Origin: Nitrospirota bacterium
GTDB lineage: Bacteria; JACPQY01
Direction of reading: 5' to 3'
NCBI GenBank assembly: GCA_016180645.1
Contig: JACPAV010000025.1
Span: 1-64,000 of the forward strand
Length of the DNA stretch: 64,000 nt
Below, piece by piece: positions 1-8,868 of this stretch. Under the pieces are notes generated by a model. That model was not told the DNA's origin. It saw nothing but the letters and a program-made list of their open reading frames with translations, and ran no database searches. Made by a program: the position numbers and the translations under genes. Positions within the stretch are counted from its first letter, which is position 1; each line of letters starts with the position of its first letter.

Positions 1-403
1 GTGAGCACAAGACCTCGATTGCTCTTGGTTGTTTTCAAGATTCGAGGGCTTGCCGTGGCCATCGAAAGCATCGTACGCCGTGTCCGATAGATCGCAAGAG
101 CAATCAGTCACAAAGGAACGAAGTCAGAAGAAAGCTGTGAGTTTGCCCTCTTGGACGCCAATGGAGGCCACCGGCAGGGGTTTCGGGGCGTGCGCCAGAA
201 GACATACTCACTGGGAGTGGGTCAAGACACTCCCGATTGACCAGATTCGTAGGCCCGAACCTGCATCCTTGTCCTTGTGCCACGTAGCGAGCTTCCAGAC
301 TCTCTGCTATGCGTAGCGCTTCGCAGAGCATAGTCGCAGCCGGAGCGTCTGCTTCGGCGGAGTAGGCACTTCGCAGAGTAGCATTTGTAGGGCAACCGCC
401 CGT

Positions 404-459
404 CCCCTCCGCTTCGCTCCACGGACGACGGGATGAAGAATCATGAGGTCCTTGCGTCG
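404..459 (+). repeat. Repeat A (56-bp structured repeat), intergenic
   Basis: cccctccgcttcgctccacggacgacgggatgaagaatcatgaggtccttgcgtcg. Confidence 0.9.
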
Positions 460-480
460 TTTGTTTCAGGTGAAACAAAC
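459..480. promoter_or_regulatory. parS-like palindrome
   Basis: gttTGTTTCAGGTGAAACAaac; one mismatch to TGTTTCACGTGAAACA. Confidence 0.55.
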
Positions 481-614
481 GCGGAGTATCCCAGGGCTCT
501 CGCGTGGGAATTTGACTGACATCACCAAGACTTGACTGCGTTCCGTGGCACGCCATTGCGGATAGGGAGGGTATGGAAAAGACGAAACAGCCAAAGAGAG
601 AGAAACAAGTCGGC

Positions 615-673
615 GGGCCGGGTCGGCCATCGTGGCCGCTTCCGGCACCGCTTCGGCGTCCTGCCGGCGGGCA
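615..673 (-). repeat. Repeat C (~57 bp)
   Basis: Reverse complement of the 23208 and 25569 copies. Confidence 0.85.
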
Positions 674-839
674 AAAACATGCCGCCGCAGGGACGGGAAG
701 GACAGCAGTAGCAACCCTCGGATACCTGATCGCGGCAGCCCTCAGACGGCGGTTGCAGGGTCAGCTACAGAGGGTTGAACTGGTTCTTCAGTGGCCCCAC
801 GGGCGTCACGCATCCGAGGCGATCGCCGCCTGGTAGCCC

Positions 840-920
840 ATGATCCCACCACTTACAACAGCCGCCGCGGGCGGCTTGGGTCTTCGGCCGCAAAGCGGCC
901 GGTTGGAGGTGGTGGGATGA
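840..920. repeat. Repeat B (inverted-repeat element ATGATCCCACCAC...GTGGTGGGATGA)
   Basis: Terminal inverted repeats; contains the primase ATG. Confidence 0.88.
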
Positions 921-2245
921 GCCAAGATGCGTTTGACGCCGTCAAGCGGCTCATCCCGATCGAGGACGTCGCAAGGGATCTGGGGATCGACATTACGGGA
1001 CCCGGACGCGCGCGATGCTTCAACACAAACAAAGGCCACCACCGCGACCCCAGCCGCGACAACCACCCAAGTCTCCACTTCCTAAAGGGGAACAAAGGCT
1101 ACGGACACTACCACTGTCGGGTGTGCGGGAAGGACACCAGCGGCAGCGTCATCGACCTCGTCATGGCCATTCAGGGAAAAACGGCCCATGAAGCGATCGA
1201 TTGGCTGAAGGATCGTTACAAAAGATACCTGCCGAGTCAGACTGCAACCCACCAAGCGACCCCGCCGAGTTTACCTCACCCCCCATCGCCCAGCGGGGCG
1301 GCTGAAACCTCATCCCTGCCTGCGCCGCGCCCGGCGCGGCAGGCAGGCATCGCTCCCGTGAACCTTCGTGTTCCCACGAGCGACGAGGACAGCCGCCCCA
1401 CACCGGGCGGGGACCCATCCTCCGCAGTAGCTGCTACGGAGGGGGAAGCGGGCAAGAAGCAGGCAGGGGCCTCTGCAGCGTTGATCTACGCGCGCGTCAT
1501 GGAACTCTGCCCTCCGGGTCCCAGGCTGTATGGCTACCTGGAAAAGGAGCGCGGCATCCCCGGAAGCGTCACGAAAACGCTTCCGATGGGTTGGATCGAA
1601 GACGACCGGCAGGTCATGAACACGCTGCGCCGCGAGTTCAGCGAAGAGGAACTTCTCGCCTGCGGGGTCCTCACCGTGAGCAACGCCCAAAAGGGCAACA
1701 AGGATGCGCGGCCGTTTTCGGTTCTGTGGAACATGAAGCTTGCATTCCCCTTCTACTGGGGGAGCGAGATCACCTGGATCCAGTTCCGAAGAGACATCGC
1801 GATGGATACAAAGCCCGAAAAAGGCCCGAAATTCCTGAACGTGGGCATGCCGCTCCAGTATCCCTACAACGCGAACGCAGCCGTCCATTCGGAAGAAATC
1901 TACATCTCCGAAGGGATTCTGGACCTCGCGCAGCTCGTCGTGCTCGGGGTGAAGAACGGCGTAGCGCTTCCAGGCGCCGACATGTTCAAGGACCACTTCA
2001 TCCCGTGGCTTCACGAATGCGGCGTAAAGAGGGTGCACATGTGTTTCGACGCCGACCCTACGGGAACCAAGCACACCCTCGACATCGCCGGAAAACTTCT
2101 CAGGGCCGGTTTCCTGACCACGGCTGCGATCCTCCCGATGGACGAGGACGTCAATTCGTTCTGGCGGGGACATCCGGAAAACGGCGGTAAATCGGATGGC
2201 GACGCCACGAGAGCGCAGGCAGCCGACGGGGCGATAGCGGCGTGA
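917..2245 (+). CDS. DnaG-like DNA primase (N-terminal Zn-binding domain + TOPRIM)
   Basis: N-terminal C..H..D.HPS..HCRVCG..GSVIDLV (CHC2-like); TOPRIM motifs IYISEGILD and MCFDAD. ATG 917 follows GGAGGT inside repeat B. Confidence 0.85.
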   Translation: MSQDAFDAVKRLIPIEDVARDLGIDITGPGRARCFNTNKGHHRDPSRDNHPSLHFLKGNKGYGHYHCRVCGKDTSGSVIDLVMAIQGKTAHEAIDWLKDRYKRYLPSQTATHQATPPSLPHPPSPSGAAETSSLPAPRPARQAGIAPVNLRVPTSDEDSRPTPGGDPSSAVAATEGEAGKKQAGASAALIYARVMELCPPGPRLYGYLEKERGIPGSVTKTLPMGWIEDDRQVMNTLRREFSEEELLACGVLTVSNAQKGNKDARPFSVLWNMKLAFPFYWGSEITWIQFRRDIAMDTKPEKGPKFLNVGMPLQYPYNANAAVHSEEIYISEGILDLAQLVVLGVKNGVALPGADMFKDHFIPWLHECGVKRVHMCFDADPTGTKHTLDIAGKLLRAGFLTTAAILPMDEDVNSFWRGHPENGGKSDGDATRAQAADGAIAA

Positions 2246-2273
2246 ATCCGCAGTAGGGAGGGAGAAAGGAAGG

Positions 2274-2939
2274 ATGCAGGACAGCGCATTGGAAACAGGG
2301 TCCGGTGGGAGCGTGCAATCCCGAGTGCCGAATGAGGGGTTACCTCAGCCGGAACAGGTGGGACAAGATCCCGCCATGGCTCCGGTCGCGAGCGGCCCTG
2401 CCAACGACTTGGGAGCGACCGAGAACCGAATGAAGGTCATCCGCGACGAGGCCCTTCGCGACGCCCCGCTGGGAATCCCAAGCATGTACTACCAAAGACA
2501 CACCGGCTACGGGCCGCTGCACGTCACGATCGTAGACCGAGACCACCGGCCGATCCGTGTCTTCGCCAACCTTCCCCCGCTCGGCACGGAAATCTCAGCC
2601 CTCACGGCCGTCATGGGGATCCTTCTATCGAAGTACCTTGAAATCGGCGGCGACCCGGTCCGGATCGTCAAGCACCTCAACTCCGTCAAGGGCGACCGGC
2701 CCCTGGGATTCGGTCCCCACCGGATCGATTCCATCGCGCACGCCGTGGGCGAGTGCCTGAAGGAGCATCTTCGGCGGCGCGGGCTGATGATCCCACCACC
2801 TGCAACCGGCTCGCCGGGCGAGCCGAACAGCCCCGATGCCGCTTCGCGGCCTGTTGCAGGTGGTGGGATGACGGGGCCCCGAGCGCTCATCAGGAGCCCA
2901 AAGGACCCGAGAGGAGGAGCCATCGAAGACGTAGGCTAA
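2274..2939 (+). CDS. Stand-alone TSCPD-like domain protein (resembles the C-terminal domain of class II ribonucleotide reductase)
   Basis: TGYGPLHVTI..PIRVF..LSKYL..G.DP..IVKHL..VKG..GFG..SIAHAVG pattern; C-terminus is read through repeat B. Confidence 0.7.
   Translation: MQDSALETGSGGSVQSRVPNEGLPQPEQVGQDPAMAPVASGPANDLGATENRMKVIRDEALRDAPLGIPSMYYQRHTGYGPLHVTIVDRDHRPIRVFANLPPLGTEISALTAVMGILLSKYLEIGGDPVRIVKHLNSVKGDRPLGFGPHRIDSIAHAVGECLKEHLRRRGLMIPPPATGSPGEPNSPDAASRPVAGGGMTGPRALIRSPKDPRGGAIEDVG
2787..2871. repeat. Repeat B, in frame in the TSCPD-like gene
   Basis: atcccaccacctgcaac...gttgcaggtggtgggat; translated as MIPPPAT...VAGGGM. Confidence 0.9.
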
Positions 2940-3032
2940 TTCACCCAAGGATGCAACCCTCAACAAGGTTGCCCCCGTACTACATGGGAACTCTGCTTTG
3001 CATAACGCTTCGCAGAGCGAAAAGCGCTGCGT

Positions 3033-3163
3033 CCCCTCCGCTCGTGGGCCTTGCAGGGCTTCGCGCAAGGCCCACGTCCACGGACGACCCCCTTCGGGGG
3101 CGGCGGGCGGAAGGGCATGGGGATCAGCGCCGCGAGATGAAGAATCATCCGGTCCTTGCGTCG
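3033..3163 (+). repeat. Repeat A with two nested insertions
   Basis: Head, middle and tail of A are separated by extra modules. Confidence 0.85.
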
Positions 3164-3342
3164 TAGCACGGATGCTCTTTGACAATTCGATAGCCATAGC
3201 TTCACCGCTTTGAGCGGTGAGGGCGGAATCACTTCCGCGAATCGAACGGGTCCCAGACGGAATCCGGAGCGGACACGGGTGCGTCCGTCCCTCCCCGGAC
3301 AGGCAAGGCTGGAAAAGGTCTTGCCCGGCCGGGGGAGGGCGG

Positions 3343-4542
3343 ATGAAAGAGAGGAACGATATGCAGACACCCCTCAAACCACTGTTCGAACCGGAACCGA
3401 TGAACGACCAAGAATCCTCCATCGTGTCGTGGGACACCTGGGGAACCAAGGGATTCGAGATGATCAGCATCGAGGACACCCTCGAGGACATGCTCGATCT
3501 CTCCCCCGAGGCCCAGGAGGTCTTCGACACGCTGGGTTTCGATCTCCTGCTGGACGCCATCCACAAGATGCGCCATCCGGAGACCTCGAACGCGGAGCTC
3601 GACGCATGGATCGCAAGGGAGCGCAGGAAACTGGAGGAAATCCAGACGGCGCTGATTCCGGTCCTGCAGCGACTCCGGGACAAAGGATTCACGTTCGGTC
3701 CCGACTACTGGGAAAAGGCCGACGAGGCCGATCCCATTCCGAAGATTGCCGCGGAGGAGCTGCCCGAATTGTGGATCGAGCCACTGGCTCGCATCCTCAT
3801 CGGACAGGCCCCGCCGGAGGCCTTGGTGCTCCTGGCCGACTTCGCCAAACGGTGTACACCGAAAGGCATGCCGGCTCGGGAGCCCTTCAGAGACCTCTGG
3901 AGGCTGAGAGACACGGGTGAAGAGGTTGCCCCCTTCGAACGCCGGAGCGCCGGTCTTCGAGGACTACTCATGATGGACGAAATCCTGGAGTGGGCGATGG
4001 CCCACCGGGACCGCCTGACTGAGATCCTTGATCGCCGCGCGCCGAGCTACGAGGAGGTTCACCTCAAGGTGACGAGTTGGCTGCGCTCCCTGCAGCGGCA
4101 CCGGTTTGCGCTACCTGGGGAGAGGATGACGGCAAACGACATCTTCTTCTTTGCGCTTCCGGCGCTGCTCAGAGAGTCCTGCGACCGGCTCCTGAGAACC
4201 ATCTTCCGGCCCGATCTCAAGCCCGGCTCCGTGAAACTGAGCGAAACCGGCCAATCGCTGCTGCCGTGGATCGCCAATGCGGTCCCCGGGGCGCGCGGCG
4301 CGGCGCTCAGGCTCTTCGGATCCATCCCCCAGCCCTCGAAAGAGGACGAGTGGGGAACCTTCTTCGGGATTGCCGATCCGCGGAAATCCCCCGGTCTGGC
4401 GCGGATGTTGGGTATCCAAATCGGTACCGCATGGGCCGAGATGACGGGACAGCCCGTCGGGCTTGCCATCTGGAGATGCCGAAACGGATCCCCGCCGCGT
4501 GAAGACCAGGACACGGGAAGAGAGCGTCCACGGAGACAGTAG
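3343..4542 (+). CDS. Hypothetical protein
   Basis: Long ORF with GC-rich codon usage; start at 3343 or 3361 (GAGG upstream of both). Confidence 0.7.
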   Translation: MKERNDMQTPLKPLFEPEPMNDQESSIVSWDTWGTKGFEMISIEDTLEDMLDLSPEAQEVFDTLGFDLLLDAIHKMRHPETSNAELDAWIARERRKLEEIQTALIPVLQRLRDKGFTFGPDYWEKADEADPIPKIAAEELPELWIEPLARILIGQAPPEALVLLADFAKRCTPKGMPAREPFRDLWRLRDTGEEVAPFERRSAGLRGLLMMDEILEWAMAHRDRLTEILDRRAPSYEEVHLKVTSWLRSLQRHRFALPGERMTANDIFFFALPALLRESCDRLLRTIFRPDLKPGSVKLSETGQSLLPWIANAVPGARGAALRLFGSIPQPSKEDEWGTFFGIADPRKSPGLARMLGIQIGTAWAEMTGQPVGLAIWRCRNGSPPREDQDTGRERPRRQ

Positions 4543-4727
4543 ATCCTGTCGCCCAACGCCTTCTTCCAAAACAGTAACCCGCCACGTCTCGTGAACGTGA
4601 CGCTGGGCGGGTAACCACGTCTTCGTGATTCCCGCCCTCCCCTCTCAAAGCTATGAAGCAGTCGTACAAACGCTCAGCCCTCGCACGCCCCGCGGAGAGG
4701 TCTGTGCTGAAGGAGCACCATGCGCGC

Positions 4728-4783
4728 CCCCTGCGCTCCGCTCCGGGGACGACGGAAGGAATCGTTATGGGGTCCCTGCGTCG
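4728..4783 (+). repeat. Repeat A, subtype 2, intergenic
   Basis: Nearly identical to 23318-23373. Confidence 0.85.
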
Positions 4784-4892
4784 AGAGAAGACTCCCCCTT
4801 GGGGAAGGAGATAGTCCCGGGCGCGCGCGGGAGACGTGTTATGATTTGCGAACACAACTGGACATGAAAGAGAGCATGAAAGGAAGGCAAGG

Positions 4893-5720
4893 ATGAACAC
4901 AGAGGATCAGAATCGCGAGGAGGCTGCGAAGGAATACTACTCCGTGGTCCGGATCAAGATCCTCGAAGGGGAGGAGCGGGACGTCCGGACGGAAATCCTG
5001 AACGACTTGAAGCGGCCGCCGAGCGTCCGGGTCTTTACAGGGCTCCCGGACCCGGCGCTCATGACCGTGCTTCGTGAGCCGGATCCGCGGATGGAGATCA
5101 CGCACATGAACGGAGAAGCCGAACCGCTCGATCTCATCGACTACCACCACATCTACTGCGGCCGGTGTGGCCGGTGCGGGTCGTTCTACGGTCAGTGGGG
5201 AGCGTACGACGACTCCGCGTGGACCCGCGCCGGGGCGTTCAGCATCGTACAGATGCAGAATGTCCTCGAAGGCGGGAAGCGGGCCGTTGCGGATCTGCCG
5301 GGCGTCGGATGCCCGTGCTTCGACGGAGAGGCCGACAGGTGGGCGGAAGCATCTCCGGAGGGAATGGTGAGACGTGCGGGCACGTACTACGGGGCGGTCT
5401 TGGAGGAGATGGGAGAGAAGGAGGGGGCGGCGGCCGTGCGGGACTTGGGTGGCGCCGGTGAAGGGAAGGGGATGGATATCGAGGCGTGGCGGCTGAGCGC
5501 GGGTCCGTATCGGGAGTGGTGGGTCGGTCGATCGGCCGCGGCCGTGCGGCACATTCCGTGGGGGTGGTGGATGCGTCTGATCACCATGAAGCTGCCGGCG
5601 ACGGCGAAAATGGCCTTGGCCATGAAGAGCAAGGCGGAGGCCGCAGGAGTGGATGCGGAGACCCTCCTGTCGCGGGCCACGGAAAACGCGAGAATCAGGC
5701 GGCGGAGAGTGACCCATTAA
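4893..5720 (+). CDS. Hypothetical protein with CxxCxxC motif
   Basis: Purine-rich RBS; YCGRCGRCG cluster. Confidence 0.7.
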   Translation: MNTEDQNREEAAKEYYSVVRIKILEGEERDVRTEILNDLKRPPSVRVFTGLPDPALMTVLREPDPRMEITHMNGEAEPLDLIDYHHIYCGRCGRCGSFYGQWGAYDDSAWTRAGAFSIVQMQNVLEGGKRAVADLPGVGCPCFDGEADRWAEASPEGMVRRAGTYYGAVLEEMGEKEGAAAVRDLGGAGEGKGMDIEAWRLSAGPYREWWVGRSAAAVRHIPWGWWMRLITMKLPATAKMALAMKSKAEAAGVDAETLLSRATENARIRRRRVTH

Positions 5721-5973
5721 GTGCAACCGACGAAGTATCCGCGCGCGGGGCAGTGAACCCCGTTAGAGGCCCGCACGAGAAAAAGATACCCCGTGGCAAA
5801 CCACGGGGCCTCTAACGGGGTGAAGGGGGAGAAGGGGTCGGCCTTGAAGTTTGCGAAAAAGGGGGGGGCTTCGAAGATGCAGCTGGCTGGGGGAGGATCA
5901 TGGAAGAAGCCGCCATCGAGGCGGACAAAGAACGAAGTCGCGTGGCGATCCAGGCGGAAAGGAGGCTTGAGAG

Positions 5974-7305
5974 ATGAGCAAAGACGAATTGGGGCAGGCG
6001 GCTACAGCGGGAGCGACGGCCGGTGCGCCGGCGGAGCGGGACGGGCGACGCAAGGACCGTATCACCCCTCTGATCGTCGTCCCTGAAGCGGAGCGGAAGG
6101 GGAGCGGGGGGGCCAGGCGGCAGGAGCAGGTGTTTCAGGAAGGGTGGCTCGTGGCGGCGTCGATCGGCTACTACCGGGGGCAGGAGTCGGTCTCCCCGGA
6201 GGATCTGGGCCTCGAATGGAAAGGAGTTCCGGACTACATCCGGGATCTGGGACATGTCCGCGTGCTTCCCGAGGGGGCACTGAGGCCGCTGACGCGGGTG
6301 GAAGGGGATACGCGCCGGCAGGTGGGTGGCCTATCGCTACGGTTTCCGCTGACGCACGCGAGGTACGTTCCGGTGAGAGCCATCCCGATGCTGGAAACGG
6401 CGGTAGAGGAGTGCGAGAAGCGGTTCTGGGCGGGGATCGAGGTCTTTGCATCGGGTCTTCCCGGCTACAGGGAGGAAATGATACCGGTATTCCGAAAGGG
6501 TGCGGAAGTGATCCTTGTGGAGAGGGCGTCGTTGATTGCCGAGAAGGAAGGATTCGTGGAGCGGTACGTCGAGCGGATGGAGAAGCTGTTCCCGACGGCG
6601 GAGGTGATCGAGAAGCGGGCTTGGTTCAAGATCGACATGTTCCAGGTCCAGATCCCAAGCCGCATGGTGGTGGATCGACTGATTGAGGAAGGGACGTTGA
6701 CGGGACTCGGGGAACAGATCTCGCAGCGGCTTCAGGGGTCACTCATGAAACTGGACTTCTTCACGAAGAGCATGGAGATCCAGCTCGCCGCCCGGACGAT
6801 GGGGATCGTGCGCCGGATTACGGGGGCGGCGAGACGGGGACAGGGAGTGGGGCGACGCGACACGATGAGGCTCCTCGAGAAGGCGGATCGGCTGGACGTG
6901 CTGAACGCGCCCGGCTTGGAGGCGGTCCGGAGGGTCATCGAGGTCGTGCGGGGGAGAGCGGACGGCACGAGGCTGGTGCGGAACGTGGTTCGGGAGATGA
7001 GCGAGGCGCTCGTGGAGGAAGAAGCGTGGCTTGGGATGAAGCTGGGAGGTGTGGAGGATCTGCCGAGTTTTCTGCGGGATGACGTGGTGAGCGAGGTGCG
7101 GAGCGTTCTTGGGGAGGTTGAGGAGGACGGCGAGGAAGGTGGGAAGACATCTGCGGCTGTGGGGGGAGCAGAGGAGGAAGGCGACGACGAGGGATCGGCG
7201 GAGGGCGAGCATGTGGCGAATGAATCCGAGGGCACGCTGGAAGAGACGGGCGGGGGAGGATCCAATGGGGAGTGGGGAGCCGGGGATGGGGCGCGAGGAG
7301 AATGA
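5974..7305 (+). CDS. DUF3150-like protein (ICE/plasmid associated) with acidic tail
   Basis: AGGAGG RBS; LG..RVLP..L.PL..RF..YVP..L..E..F pattern recalls DUF3150. Confidence 0.55.
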   Translation: MSKDELGQAATAGATAGAPAERDGRRKDRITPLIVVPEAERKGSGGARRQEQVFQEGWLVAASIGYYRGQESVSPEDLGLEWKGVPDYIRDLGHVRVLPEGALRPLTRVEGDTRRQVGGLSLRFPLTHARYVPVRAIPMLETAVEECEKRFWAGIEVFASGLPGYREEMIPVFRKGAEVILVERASLIAEKEGFVERYVERMEKLFPTAEVIEKRAWFKIDMFQVQIPSRMVVDRLIEEGTLTGLGEQISQRLQGSLMKLDFFTKSMEIQLAARTMGIVRRITGAARRGQGVGRRDTMRLLEKADRLDVLNAPGLEAVRRVIEVVRGRADGTRLVRNVVREMSEALVEEEAWLGMKLGGVEDLPSFLRDDVVSEVRSVLGEVEEDGEEGGKTSAAVGGAEEEGDDEGSAEGEHVANESEGTLEETGGGGSNGEWGAGDGARGE

Positions 7306-7328
7306 TTGGGGTGCGGGTGAGCAGGCGA

Positions 7329-7384
7329 CGACGCCAAGACCCCATGGTTTTTCATCTCGTCGTCCGTGGAGCGGAGTGGAGGGG
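7329..7384 (-). repeat. Repeat A, intergenic
   Basis: Reverse-complement copy. Confidence 0.85.
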
Positions 7385-7446
7385 ATGATCGAAAGGGGAA
7401 TGGTTCACAAACCCGTTGTCTTGAGGGTGAGCGTTGCGTGAGGTGT

Positions 7447-7514
7447 TCATCCCACCACCTGAAACGGGCGCGCGAGCGCCCCGTTCCGGGTCGGTTTCAG
7501 GTGGTGGGATCATG
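7447..7514. repeat. Repeat B
   Basis: atcccaccacctgaaac...gtttcaggtggtgggat; ends at the radical SAM ATG. Confidence 0.9.
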
Positions 7515-8444
7515 ATCGTCAATCTCGTTCAGGTTGATGGGAAGCTTCCGAATCTGGCACTCATGAAGCTGTCGGCCTGGCATAAGAGTCGGGGGGACGG
7601 GGTTCGACTGAACTCCATGGGGAGGGCCGACCGGACGTACGTGTCGTCGGTGTTCTCCTGGTCCGAGGCGAAGAGACGCAGGTGGACAGCGTTGTATCCG
7701 GATGCGATTACGGGGGGATCGGGATTCGATCCCGCCGTACGGCTGCCGGAGGAGATTCAATGGATGAAACCGGATTTCGACCTCTTTCCCGAGTACCCGG
7801 CCTGTGTGGTCTACTCGTATGAGCGGTGCCCAAGGAAGTGCGGATTTTGCGTGGTGCCGGGACAAAACATCCCGGAATACCACTCGAGCGTTCGGCGGCT
7901 TTGGGACGGGAAGCGGAGGATCATGGAGTTCCTGGACAACAACCCCATGGCGGACCCGGAGTGGCCCAAGACGGTTCGAGAACTTCAGGAGCTGGATCTG
8001 TCTTCGCGTTGGCACGGGCTGGATATTCGTTTGGTTTCTGAAACAAACGCTCTCCTTCTGGCGGGTCTAAGGATCGACGGATACCTGCACTTTGCCTTTG
8101 ATCATGTCGGGATGGCGAAGTTGGTCGGTCGGAATGTGGATCTGCTGTGTGGGGCGGGGATCGGCAAGCGGCGGCTGATGTTCTATGTGCTGACGAACTA
8201 CGACTCGACGTTCGAGGAGGATGTGGAACGGGTGGAGATCCTGCGTTTGTTGGGCGTATTGCCGTACGTGATGGTCTACGAGAAGGGGCAGGCCCCTGCA
8301 AGGGCGCGGGCGTTTCAGCGGTGGGTCAACCGCAGGTATTACAATTTCATCCCGTGGGGGGAATATCGGCATGGCAGGTGGCCCGAAACAGAGCGCCGGG
8401 AGGGTGAGCAGTTGTCGATGTACGTTCAGGAGCCGGCGGTATGA
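7512..8444 (+). CDS. Radical SAM protein (phage/MGE type)
   Basis: CPRKCGFC (CxxxCxxC); N-terminal DGKLPNLALMKLSAWHK, LDNN, GLDIRL and HFAFD motifs. Confidence 0.8.
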   Translation: MIVNLVQVDGKLPNLALMKLSAWHKSRGDGVRLNSMGRADRTYVSSVFSWSEAKRRRWTALYPDAITGGSGFDPAVRLPEEIQWMKPDFDLFPEYPACVVYSYERCPRKCGFCVVPGQNIPEYHSSVRRLWDGKRRIMEFLDNNPMADPEWPKTVRELQELDLSSRWHGLDIRLVSETNALLLAGLRIDGYLHFAFDHVGMAKLVGRNVDLLCGAGIGKRRLMFYVLTNYDSTFEEDVERVEILRLLGVLPYVMVYEKGQAPARARAFQRWVNRRYYNFIPWGEYRHGRWPETERREGEQLSMYVQEPAV

Positions 8445-8868
8445 AGTTGGGGCGTCTTGAATGGGTATGTAGGGGGGGGTGCAATGATTCCGAAAGCGGC
8501 AGCAAGGGGTGAACGCAAGTGACGGGTGGTAGAGCGGAAAGGTGTCTGATGGACGAGAGTTCATGCCTGAAGGCCGTTTACGCGGAGATGGTACGCCGGG
8601 GTGTCAGAGTTGGGCGAAGGAACTCACGGATATGGCAGTACTCAACACCAGCCATGGATGGTGCGGCGCCCCGCCCTCCGGGCCGACTACCATGGGAGGC
8701 CACTGAAGGCTGGGTGCCACCTTTGCGGAGCGCCCAAGGTGACGGGTATGCTGGAATACGTGAGGTCAGATCTGCCTTTCCGACCCGGTCGTTTTGAGCG
8801 AGCGTCATTATTTACCATTGTGAACCTACCCTGAGTGGTGTAGGTTCCGGGATGGATACGTTTTCGTA

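Noticed and set aside
1-320. ORFs at the left edge
   Set aside because: No recognisable motifs or RBS; cannot be supported.
5805-5830. Resemblance to the T7 terminator (ggggcctctaa..cggg)
   Set aside because: Short partial match, no U-tract and no other vector sequence.
8028-8050. Fourth parS-like site (gtttggtttctgaaacaaacgc)
   Set aside because: The core is shortened and it lies within the radical SAM coding sequence; may be chance.
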